A stretch of 34,872 nt of DNA from a virus, in IMG/VR virus record IMGVR_UViG_3300001200_000005, positions 1-34,872 of that record, one strand, 5' to 3'. The translations under genes were made by a program, and so were the position numbers. Below, piece after piece: positions 6,249 to 13,725 of this stretch. The number at the start of each line of letters is the position of its first letter. Position 1 is the stretch's first letter. The notes under the pieces were generated by a model, which worked only from the letters and a program-made list of their open reading frames with translations, was not told the DNA's origin and did not search any database.

Positions 6249-6879
6249 AGATTACATAGAAAATATTAAAGGTGCGGAGCGCAGATTTTTTACGGGTCCT
6301 GTAAAGCTGGAAAAGAGAATGGAAGGTGACGAGGAATCTAACTTTTACCGCATTGAAGGTTACGCCGCTTTATTTAATACACGTACTGATTTGGGTTATG
6401 TGTATGAGGAAATTGCACCAGGTGCTTTTGATGATGTGTTGAGTGACGATGTACGTTGTTTGTTTAATCACGATGCGAATCTAATATTAGCACGTAGTGC
6501 TAATGGAAGCTTAGCGCTAGAGGTGGATAATGTAGGTTTAAAATATAGCTATGTGACGCCTAATCGCTCTTATGCAGTGGATTTGCAAGATGCTATTCGT
6601 AGCGGTGATGTGTCGGCTAGTTCTTTTGCTTTTTTTGCGAAAGAAGTACAATGGATAGAGCTAGAAGAAGGCGAAAAGTATGTAAGGCGTGTGACTAAAG
6701 TGTCGCAGTTGTTAGATGTGTCACCTGTGACTTATCCTGCGTATCAAGATACTACGGTGGCGCAGCGTAGCTTACAGGATTATGTAGCGGCGCAAAATAA
6801 ACGTGCTACAGAACAAATAGAGAATATAGATGTGTTTGAAGCACAATTAATTGTAAATAAATTTTTAGGTAATGAGTAA
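6229..6879 (+). CDS. prohead maturation protease, HK97 family (S78)
   Basis: IEGYAALFN..., CLFNHD and SSFAF motifs. It lies between the portal and capsid genes and overlaps both neighbours. Confidence 0.85.
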   Translation: MHVMKNKDYIENIKGAERRFFTGPVKLEKRMEGDEESNFYRIEGYAALFNTRTDLGYVYEEIAPGAFDDVLSDDVRCLFNHDANLILARSANGSLALEVDNVGLKYSYVTPNRSYAVDLQDAIRSGDVSASSFAFFAKEVQWIELEEGEKYVRRVTKVSQLLDVSPVTYPAYQDTTVAQRSLQDYVAAQNKRATEQIENIDVFEAQLIVNKFLGNE

Positions 6880-8179
6880 GTTAGTCCAGTTGCAGCAAAC
6901 AAGAGCTGCTAAAGTTAAGGAGCAGCAAACTTTAATTGATGAGCGCAATGCAACGGAAGAGCGTTCATTTACTAGTGAGCAAAGCAAAGCGTTTAGTGAT
7001 TTAACTGTGGAAATCCGGGGTTTAGATGCTGAAATTACACAGGAGAAACAAATTATTGAAGCGGAAAAGCGTTCTGCGGTATTGTTAGGTGATAGCATCG
7101 CAAAGCCTTCGGATAAAAAGGGTGGCGAAAAACGATCTAAGCAGCAGGTAATGGCTGGTTTTAGTATGAAGCGTGCCTTGTCCTTGCAGTCAAAAGGTCG
7201 TGAGCTAGATGGTGCAGAAGCGGAAGTAAATGCCATTGCGATTGAAGAGCTTCGTAATAATGGTACCACGGTTAGGGATGTAGGTTTTAATATTCCTTCC
7301 GAAATGATGTTCCGTGCCGATAGTCACACGGTTACTCAGGACAGTGGTAACTTTGGTGGGACTTTGGTAAAAGAAGATGCTGGTGTGGTAGTGCCTACTT
7401 TTGTTAATAGATTATCTATTCAAGATTTAGGGGTTAATGTGATCAGTAATTTAGTAGGAGATTACCCACTACATTCTGCAGGGGAATTTCAGTTTCAAAA
7501 TGTAGAAGAAACGGAAGCTTTGACTATGCAAAAGTCACCTTTTGGTAAAAGGGTGTTAAAGCCGTTACGTACAGGTATGGTGACTGGTATTTCTAACCAG
7601 TTGTTACTGCAGTCTTCTGTTAATGTAGATCGAATAGTATCGCAACAAATCACCAATGCTCTTAACAATAGATTGTTAGAGGATTTGATTAATGGTGACG
7701 GTGTGGGACCTAATACTTTAGGTTTGCTTAATGATGCTGTTTTTGAATCTACTGCAAGTGAAGGGCCTTTAACTTTAGAGAAGATTCTAGAATTAGAAGG
7801 TGCGGTTGATGATGAAGATTCGCCTTATCAAAACAATGTGTTTTTAATTCATAAGAAATTAGCGGCTATAGCTAAAGCTGTAAAATTAGATGCTGGGTCG
7901 GGTAATTTCCTTATGGATAAGGAAAACAAGTTGTACGGTACGGATACCTACAAGACTTCTAAAGTACCTGTGCTTACGGGTGCGGCTCTAAATTATCCTG
8001 TGCTTTATGGTGACTTTAGTTCGGTAACGGCTGGGTTCTGGAATGGGATGAATATTTTTGTGGATCCTTACAGCTTGTCGGACAGTGGGCAACGTAAATT
8101 GATAGTAAATGTGTATCGCGATATCAAAGCTTCTAACCCGAAAGCTTTCGCGGTAAATAAAGCAATTACTTTATCGTAA
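6872..8179 (+). CDS. major capsid protein, HK97 fold, with coiled-coil N-terminal delta-like domain
   Basis: 435 aa following the protease. The N-terminal ~100 aa are charged and coiled-coil, and the size and order are typical of HK97-type capsid proteins. Confidence 0.85.
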   Translation: MSKLVQLQQTRAAKVKEQQTLIDERNATEERSFTSEQSKAFSDLTVEIRGLDAEITQEKQIIEAEKRSAVLLGDSIAKPSDKKGGEKRSKQQVMAGFSMKRALSLQSKGRELDGAEAEVNAIAIEELRNNGTTVRDVGFNIPSEMMFRADSHTVTQDSGNFGGTLVKEDAGVVVPTFVNRLSIQDLGVNVISNLVGDYPLHSAGEFQFQNVEETEALTMQKSPFGKRVLKPLRTGMVTGISNQLLLQSSVNVDRIVSQQITNALNNRLLEDLINGDGVGPNTLGLLNDAVFESTASEGPLTLEKILELEGAVDDEDSPYQNNVFLIHKKLAAIAKAVKLDAGSGNFLMDKENKLYGTDTYKTSKVPVLTGAALNYPVLYGDFSSVTAGFWNGMNIFVDPYSLSDSGQRKLIVNVYRDIKASNPKAFAVNKAITLS

Positions 8180-8217
8180 ATGTAAAATATCACTCTTGGT
8201 TTGTTTTTTATTAGTTG

Positions 8218-8250
8218 AAAAAGCGCCGTGGTTTCGGTTTCGGCGCTTTT
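8218..8250 (+). terminator. Intrinsic terminator after the major capsid gene
   Basis: AAAAAGCGCCG (8218-8228), a 12-nt loop, then CGGCGCTTTT (8241-8250): a GC-rich 6-bp core flanked by A and T tracts. Confidence 0.7.
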
Positions 8251-8280
8251 AAAAAAAAACTAAGTGTTAATAATAAAGTT

Positions 8281-8466
8281 ATGGAAGCAGAAAAGCAAGT
8301 GGGAAAGGTAGTAGAAAAAGCACCTAAAAAAGGAAAGGTTAAAGTAAGAATTAAGAAGTCGGTAGCGGGTAAATTTTTGCTTAGTTATCATGTAGGTCGG
8401 GTGGTAGATTTAGAGGCTAAGCAGGCTCGTGAATTAATAGATCTAGGTTACGCGGATAAAGCGTAA
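8281..8466 (+). CDS. small basic head-associated protein (61 aa from ATG 8281)
   Basis: The track ORF starts at TTG 8215, but 8218-8250 is the terminator hairpin. ATG 8281 is the more plausible start. Confidence 0.5.
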   Translation: MEAEKQVGKVVEKAPKKGKVKVRIKKSVAGKFLLSYHVGRVVDLEAKQARELIDLGYADKA

Positions 8467-8498
8467 GTGACTACAGGTATTAACAATAAGATACATTT

Positions 8499-9062
8499 AT
8501 GAAGTTTGATTACGCTATTACTAAAGATGTTTCGGTGCCGTCAATAGTAGGTTTAGATGTGGCTAAGATGAACTCGCATATCGAAATGGATGATGTGGAT
8601 CAGGATGCTTTGTTGCAGTTAAAATTAAACGGTGCTATTGCTGCGGTAGAAATGTACACGGGTAAAGTGTTTCAAACTAAAAAAGTAACGGTTAAAGTGT
8701 CGGGTTTTGCTAGTAAAATAGAATTTCCCTACACGCCTATAAAAAGTATACAGGAAGTGTATTATCACAATGCAGATGGGCAAAAAGTGGTGGTGCTACC
8801 TGAAAATTACAGGTTGTACAGTTATCAAAACGGTGCGGTACAACGCTTAGTGTTTAGTTTACAAAATTTTCCTGTTACGGATCCTAATGATGAATATCCA
8901 GTAGTCATTGAGGGGCAGTTTGGAGAGTTAGAGGTGCCTGATGATGTGATGTCGGCTATACTCCTGCTCTTTTCCGATGCGGAAACGTACCGCGAAAACA
9001 AACCGCAAAATTTAGTAAATACTGCGGCAATAAATTTATTGCGTCCGCATCGTAAATATTAG
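8499..9062 (+). CDS. head-tail connector protein (gp6-like)
   Basis: Position after the capsid gene, plus an N-terminal pattern (...DQDALLQLKLNGAIAAVEMYTGKVF...) typical of gp6-like connector or DNA-packaging proteins. Confidence 0.65.
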   Translation: MKFDYAITKDVSVPSIVGLDVAKMNSHIEMDDVDQDALLQLKLNGAIAAVEMYTGKVFQTKKVTVKVSGFASKIEFPYTPIKSIQEVYYHNADGQKVVVLPENYRLYSYQNGAVQRLVFSLQNFPVTDPNDEYPVVIEGQFGELEVPDDVMSAILLLFSDAETYRENKPQNLVNTAAINLLRPHRKY

Positions 9063-9065
9063 CGA

Positions 9066-9422
9066 ATGGCAAAAATGGTACACGCAGGCGAACTAAATCG
9101 AAGGGTGGAAATCCTTAAAAAGGATAAAGCTTTAGGTGATACTGGAGAACGGCTAACGGTGTTGAAGTCTTTAGGTTTTCGCAATGCAAAGCGTGTAGAT
9201 GTTGGTGCTAGTGAAGTTGAAGAGGGTAAACTTATTCCGCTAAATGTGTGTCGTTTTATTATGCGATATCGTGCGGATATAATGGATAAAGGTGCAGCAA
9301 TGCACGTGCGTGACTTTGATGGGGTATATGATGTTACTGGGGTGTCACTGTATGGTGATACGGGTAAAAAGAAGTTTGTAGAACTCAAATGTGTAAGGGA
9401 TGCAAAATCAATCGTTATTTGA
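9066..9422 (+). CDS. head closure / head-tail adaptor protein
   Basis: 118 aa, correct gene order, and an ELNRRVEI...RYR pattern typical of head-tail joining proteins. Confidence 0.6.
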   Translation: MAKMVHAGELNRRVEILKKDKALGDTGERLTVLKSLGFRNAKRVDVGASEVEEGKLIPLNVCRFIMRYRADIMDKGAAMHVRDFDGVYDVTGVSLYGDTGKKKFVELKCVRDAKSIVI

Positions 9423-9861
9423 AATTGAAGGTTTTGAAGCGTTAGCCAATAAGCTAAAGCAATTACCGGATAAAGTAAAGCGTCGTGAAGTATTAAAAAT
9501 ACAACGCCGTGTGCTAGCCCCTGCTAAGCAGGTGTACATGTCTAAGCTTAGAGAAATAAAGGTAACGGGTAATTTGGCGGATTCGGTAGCGATTAAGTCG
9601 GTTAGGTCGAGCGCGGTAAATGGTAACCCGGTAGTGAATTTATTGCCTTCCAAAAGTAGTAAGGCGGATGGGTATTACAAGTTTATGGTAGTATCTAAAG
9701 GTGCTAGACTGGGAAGTAACAGGCTTGGTAGTAGGTTAGGTAAAAATACTGTAGTTAACAGAATAAGAAATCAAGTATATAGTGATAATCAAAGCCAATT
9801 AACAGACGCTTATTTGGGGCGAATGACAAAGGCGATACAAAGGCGAATAGATAAATTATAA
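9400..9861 (+). CDS. HK97 gp10-like tail attachment / neck protein
   Basis: N-terminal FEIEGFEALANKLKQLPDKVKRREV pattern and gene order. Confidence 0.6.
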   Translation: MQNQSLFEIEGFEALANKLKQLPDKVKRREVLKIQRRVLAPAKQVYMSKLREIKVTGNLADSVAIKSVRSSAVNGNPVVNLLPSKSSKADGYYKFMVVSKGARLGSNRLGSRLGKNTVVNRIRNQVYSDNQSQLTDAYLGRMTKAIQRRIDKL

Positions 9862-10217
9862 TGGAAGAAGTTGCTATATATATTAACCGTTTTTTTACGC
9901 AAAATTCGGATATACAGCAGTGCTTTAATGGCCATATTTATTGGGAGTTGGCGGAAGAGGAAGGGGTAACACTTCCGTTTTGTAATTTTTCTATTAAAGA
10001 AGATCCGGATAGAAGTAAGGATCGTGCTGGGGACTACTATGTGTATGTAAAGATATTTAATGCGAATCTAACTTCCGCCGCTAAGTGTGGGGACGTAGTG
10101 AAGCAACAAGTGAAAAATAATACCCAATGGTACTATGATGGTGGAGAGCTGGAGTATGTAAGTACGGATTTGGGAAAGTTTGGTTTATACGAATTAAAAT
10201 TTAAAATACGTCGGTAA
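9861..10217 (+). CDS. putative tail terminator / neck protein (by position)
   Basis: 118-aa ORF between the gp10-like and major tail genes. The start overlaps the preceding stop. Confidence 0.45.
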   Translation: MEEVAIYINRFFTQNSDIQQCFNGHIYWELAEEEGVTLPFCNFSIKEDPDRSKDRAGDYYVYVKIFNANLTSAAKCGDVVKQQVKNNTQWYYDGGELEYVSTDLGKFGLYELKFKIRR

Positions 10218-10627
10218 TGAGAGAAATTTATAATGGTTCATTGTTGCGAATTAAAGTGGATGGGCAAAATATTTTTGATGAAACGGATTCAGAAATAAGT
10301 ATGGAATTAAGCACTAGAGAGCGTGCTACTAAAGATACTTCGGGGGTAGAAATTGCGCCTGATTTAATTTCCTGGTCGGCATCGGGTAACTCTTTAGGTG
10401 TAGCTGTGGCAGAGGGTGCGGCCTTAGGCTTTGAAGCCTTGTTTGATAAATTTGATTCTAAAACTATTGTAGAAGTAGAATTTACTACCGATGCTAGTGG
10501 TTCTACTTATTACAAAGGGCAAGGGTTTATTACGTCGCTTAGTTTAAATGGGTCTAACCGTGAAGATGCCACCTGTTCTTGGTCAATTACAGGGTCAGGG
10601 GTGCCTGAAAAAGCAACAGTAGCGTAA
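10217..10627 (+). CDS. putative major tail protein
   Basis: Lies immediately upstream of the chaperone pair and tape measure. It is a small beta-rich protein with a TKDTSG...SWSASG pattern like TP901-1/phi13-type tail tube proteins. Confidence 0.6.
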   Translation: MREIYNGSLLRIKVDGQNIFDETDSEISMELSTRERATKDTSGVEIAPDLISWSASGNSLGVAVAEGAALGFEALFDKFDSKTIVEVEFTTDASGSTYYKGQGFITSLSLNGSNREDATCSWSITGSGVPEKATVA

Positions 10628-10989
10628 TGGTAGTAGAGATTAAAAATAAGAAATACAATGTCGTGTTTGGCTACGGTGCGCTTCGATTATTAAGTAAAAG
10701 ATGGGAGGTACAAGGGTTAACGGAGCTCACGGAGCGACTTACTGCGGTGTTTTCAGGTAACAGCGAGGATATCCAGTTTGCGCAAATAGACGCCTTTTGC
10801 GACATTGTTATTGCTGGTGCACAGTGTGGCGCTGGCGATGCTATTATTGAAGTCACTACGGATGATGTGGGAGATTTAGTAATGCGTTCGCCTCAGGTAA
10901 TGACTGAGGTAATGAATTCCTTTATGGAATCTATGCCAGTAAGTAAGGAAACGCCGGGAAAGTCGAAAACGGCAACAGCGCCGAAGTAG
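10627..10989 (+). CDS. tail assembly chaperone (G-like, unshifted product)
   Basis: Lies between the major tail and tape measure genes and contains the slippery heptamer near its 3' end. Confidence 0.75.
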   Translation: MVVEIKNKKYNVVFGYGALRLLSKRWEVQGLTELTERLTAVFSGNSEDIQFAQIDAFCDIVIAGAQCGAGDAIIEVTTDDVGDLVMRSPQVMTEVMNSFMESMPVSKETPGKSKTATAPK

Positions 10990-11324
10990 ATAAAGAAGAA
11001 ATAAGTTGGGATAGCTTAGAGGTGTTAGCGTTTGGAGAACTTGGGATGAGTGTCGCTGATTTCTACGCTTCTACGCCTCGCCAGTTTACCAATAGATTGT
11101 CCGGCTATTTTAAAAAACAGGATAGAGTATTTAGGGAAGAATGGGAGCGTACAAGGGTGCTGTTGGTACAAATGGTACGCCCACATTTAAAAAAGTCTGA
11201 GCAAAGAAAATCTGTAAACCAAATTTATCCTTTGCCATGGGATAAGAAAGTGGTCAAAGAAAAAATTACAAAAGAAAAAGCAAACGCCTTTTGGAATAGA
11301 ATAGATAGTAATGAAGCAGAGTAA
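10627..11324 (+). CDS. tail assembly chaperone -1 frameshift fusion product (GT-like, ~232 aa)
   Basis: The -1 frame is open from 10947 through 11324, and G GGA AAG at 10956-10962 is in the X XXY YYZ phase of the upstream ORF. The track ORF 11022..11324 is the distal part. Confidence 0.7.
10956..10962 (+). promoter_or_regulatory. Programmed -1 ribosomal frameshift slippery site GGGAAAG
   Basis: The codon phase ccG GGA AAG was verified from start 10627. It is the same heptamer used by the lambda G/GT frameshift. Confidence 0.7.
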
Positions 11325-13725
11325 CGCCAGTATTAGTATTAGCTTATTTGCTAACCTTAATCAGTTTAGTACCGAGATGCAAAACGCTTCTCGTAAACTA
11401 AATAAGATAGGTAAGGAAATGCAAAGCTTGGGCAAAACCTTAAGTATAGGTTTAACTGCTCCTTTGGCGGCGTTTGGTATTGCTGGGGTGCGTGCTTTTG
11501 ACCAGCAGGCGAAAGCTATTGCGGATGTAGAAGCGGCGTTAAAATCTACAGGTGGTACGGCTAACAAAACACTCGAGCAGCTTACTGCTAGTGCAAGTGA
11601 ATTACAAAACAATTCTCTTTTTGGGGATGAAGAAATTTTAAAAAGCGTTACGGCGCAATTACTCACTTTTACCAATATTGCCAATACTGAATTTGACCGT
11701 ACTCAACAGGCGGCGTTAGATTTGTCTACTCGTTTAGGCAATGACTTAAAGGGGGCTTCTATTCAATTAGGTAAAGCATTGAATGATCCTGTTAAGGGTT
11801 TGTCGGCTTTAGGGAAAGCGGGTATTCAGTTTACGGAAAGTCAAAAAGAAGTAATTAATTCCTTAGCGGAATCGGGTAGATTGGCGGAAGCGCAAAATTT
11901 AATCCTGGATGAACTAGAAAAACAATACGGTGGTGCGGCAGCAGCTGCGGCGCAGGCGGGTACGGGATCGTTACAACAATTATCTAATATACTAGGGGAT
12001 ATAAGTGAGGACTTTGGTAAAATTATACTAGAGGCCTTAGCTCCTTTTATAGCAAAACTAAAGGAGTTGGCTATTGGCTTTCAAAACTTAAGCCCGCAGA
12101 CTAAACGCATTATCGCTATCATAGGCGGTTTAGCAGCGGCTATAGGTCCCGTGGTAGTGGCTATAGGGGCGTTATTGCCTATGTTGCCAGCTATAGCGGC
12201 GGGTTTTGCAGCTATTACAGGGCCTGTGGGATTGGCGGTGGCTGGTGTTGCTGCTTTGTCTGCTGCTTTTTTAGTGTTTTCCAACAATGTTAATTCCAAT
12301 GCAAAAAGGCTTAATGACTTTACTGGTAAATTATATAGTAATTCTATAGGACTAAAAAATAATTTAAGTAATGTTGAGGGGCTAGTTGTTGAGTATGAAA
12401 ACTTAAAGTCTCAAACCACTTTATCTGCTGTTGAGCAAGAAAGGTTAAAGGTTGTAATACTGAAGCTTTCAGAGGAAATACCTAGTGCTATAACTGCATT
12501 CGATGAATATGGAAATGCACTAGATGTTAATTCAAAGAAAGTTAGAAAATTCTTAACTGATCAAACGGAATTAAATAAAGCTCAGGCAAGGGTTAATCTT
12601 AATAATTTAGAAGCTTCTTTGGTGTCATTACAAGAGCAGCAGGCTAAATTAAATGCGTTAAACGAAGATGGAAATTCTGTATTTATAAAAGGTGTTGGTT
12701 TAGTAAAGAGATTAAATGGTGTTTTAGGTCAGGGGCGGGGTATTAGGTTTAATCCATTAGATGATGAAGCTGTTTTGTTGGTTCAAAAAAGAATTTCTTC
12801 TAATAGGGAGGATTTAGCTATAACTCAGCAAAACATACAGAAAAATAAGGAATTATTAAATGTTTTAAATGGTATAAAAGAGGTTGAAGAAACTACGGTA
12901 TTTGTTAAGGATAAAAAACCAAAAGGTCAACCTGTTAGTAACGTTTCAGAAAACAAAATTCCTGAAATAGTTCAAGAAATTCCTTTAAAATTTGTTGGTG
13001 GCGACTTTTCGAGTTTAGAATCTTCTTTGGTTAATTCTGTGAATAAAGCTGTAGAGCAGTTGCCTGAATTGACTTACGAAGTTCCTTTAAAGTTTACTAA
13101 TGGAAATTTTGAAAATGGTATCTCGCAAACGATTAATACTGCAGAAGCTTTAAATGAGCGAATGCAGCAATTTAAAGAAACCGCACAAGGTGTATCTAGT
13201 GGTGTAGCTGGGGCGTTTTCTCAATTAAGTAATAACATGATAAGTAGTTTTGGGGAGGCTTCTAATGGTATGGAGGCTTTTGCACAAAATATATTTCGCT
13301 TAGGGGCTGATTTGGTTTCTATGCTTATTGAAAATGCTATACACAGTATATTAATTCGTCAGGCAGAATCTACTTCAAATGCTATTGCCGGTGCTACTGC
13401 TGCTGGTGCTGCTACTGGTGCGGCAGCACCATTTACTACCCCTGCATTTATAACTACTGCGGTATCTGGGGTAGCGGCGGCATTTGCGTCGCTACCTAAG
13501 TTTGCAGATGGTGGGGTGGTATTTGGTCCTACTTTGGGTTTAATGGGTGAGTATGCCGGTGCGGCTAATAACCCTGAGGTAATTGCGCCGCTTAATAAAT
13601 TAAAAGATTTAATGGAGCCTAATGCTGCGGCACCTGTGATTATAGGAGGTAATATACGTGCTAGGGGTAGTGAACTTGAGGTGGTACTGGAAAGGCAAAG
13701 CAGGCAAAACAACCGACGAAAATAA
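11311..13725 (+). CDS. tail tape measure protein
   Basis: 804 aa with a conserved TMP core-like segment (...LGKALNDPVKGLSALGKAGIQFTESQKEVINSLAESG...), hydrophobic Ala/Gly-rich segments, and the expected position after the chaperones. Confidence 0.9.
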   Translation: MKQSNASISISLFANLNQFSTEMQNASRKLNKIGKEMQSLGKTLSIGLTAPLAAFGIAGVRAFDQQAKAIADVEAALKSTGGTANKTLEQLTASASELQNNSLFGDEEILKSVTAQLLTFTNIANTEFDRTQQAALDLSTRLGNDLKGASIQLGKALNDPVKGLSALGKAGIQFTESQKEVINSLAESGRLAEAQNLILDELEKQYGGAAAAAAQAGTGSLQQLSNILGDISEDFGKIILEALAPFIAKLKELAIGFQNLSPQTKRIIAIIGGLAAAIGPVVVAIGALLPMLPAIAAGFAAITGPVGLAVAGVAALSAAFLVFSNNVNSNAKRLNDFTGKLYSNSIGLKNNLSNVEGLVVEYENLKSQTTLSAVEQERLKVVILKLSEEIPSAITAFDEYGNALDVNSKKVRKFLTDQTELNKAQARVNLNNLEASLVSLQEQQAKLNALNEDGNSVFIKGVGLVKRLNGVLGQGRGIRFNPLDDEAVLLVQKRISSNREDLAITQQNIQKNKELLNVLNGIKEVEETTVFVKDKKPKGQPVSNVSENKIPEIVQEIPLKFVGGDFSSLESSLVNSVNKAVEQLPELTYEVPLKFTNGNFENGISQTINTAEALNERMQQFKETAQGVSSGVAGAFSQLSNNMISSFGEASNGMEAFAQNIFRLGADLVSMLIENAIHSILIRQAESTSNAIAGATAAGAATGAAAPFTTPAFITTAVSGVAAAFASLPKFADGGVVFGPTLGLMGEYAGAANNPEVIAPLNKLKDLMEPNAAAPVIIGGNIRARGSELEVVLERQSRQNNRRK

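Noticed and set aside
8215-8280. A TTG-initiated N-terminal extension of ORF 8215..8466.
   Set aside because: Positions 8218-8250 form a GC-cored hairpin with flanking A and T runs, which is the terminator after the capsid gene. The ATG at 8281 is the more plausible start.
11361-13712. Minus-strand ORFs inside the tape measure gene (11361..11684, 12081..12299, 13359..13712), and similar antisense ORFs at 3273..3578, 5352..5624, 6865..7269, 9059..9388, 9408..9653, 10671..10856, 22725..22946, 23186..23383 and 26349..26863.
   Set aside because: All lie fully within strongly supported plus-strand genes and have low-complexity Ala/Ser/Leu-rich translations typical of antisense shadow ORFs.
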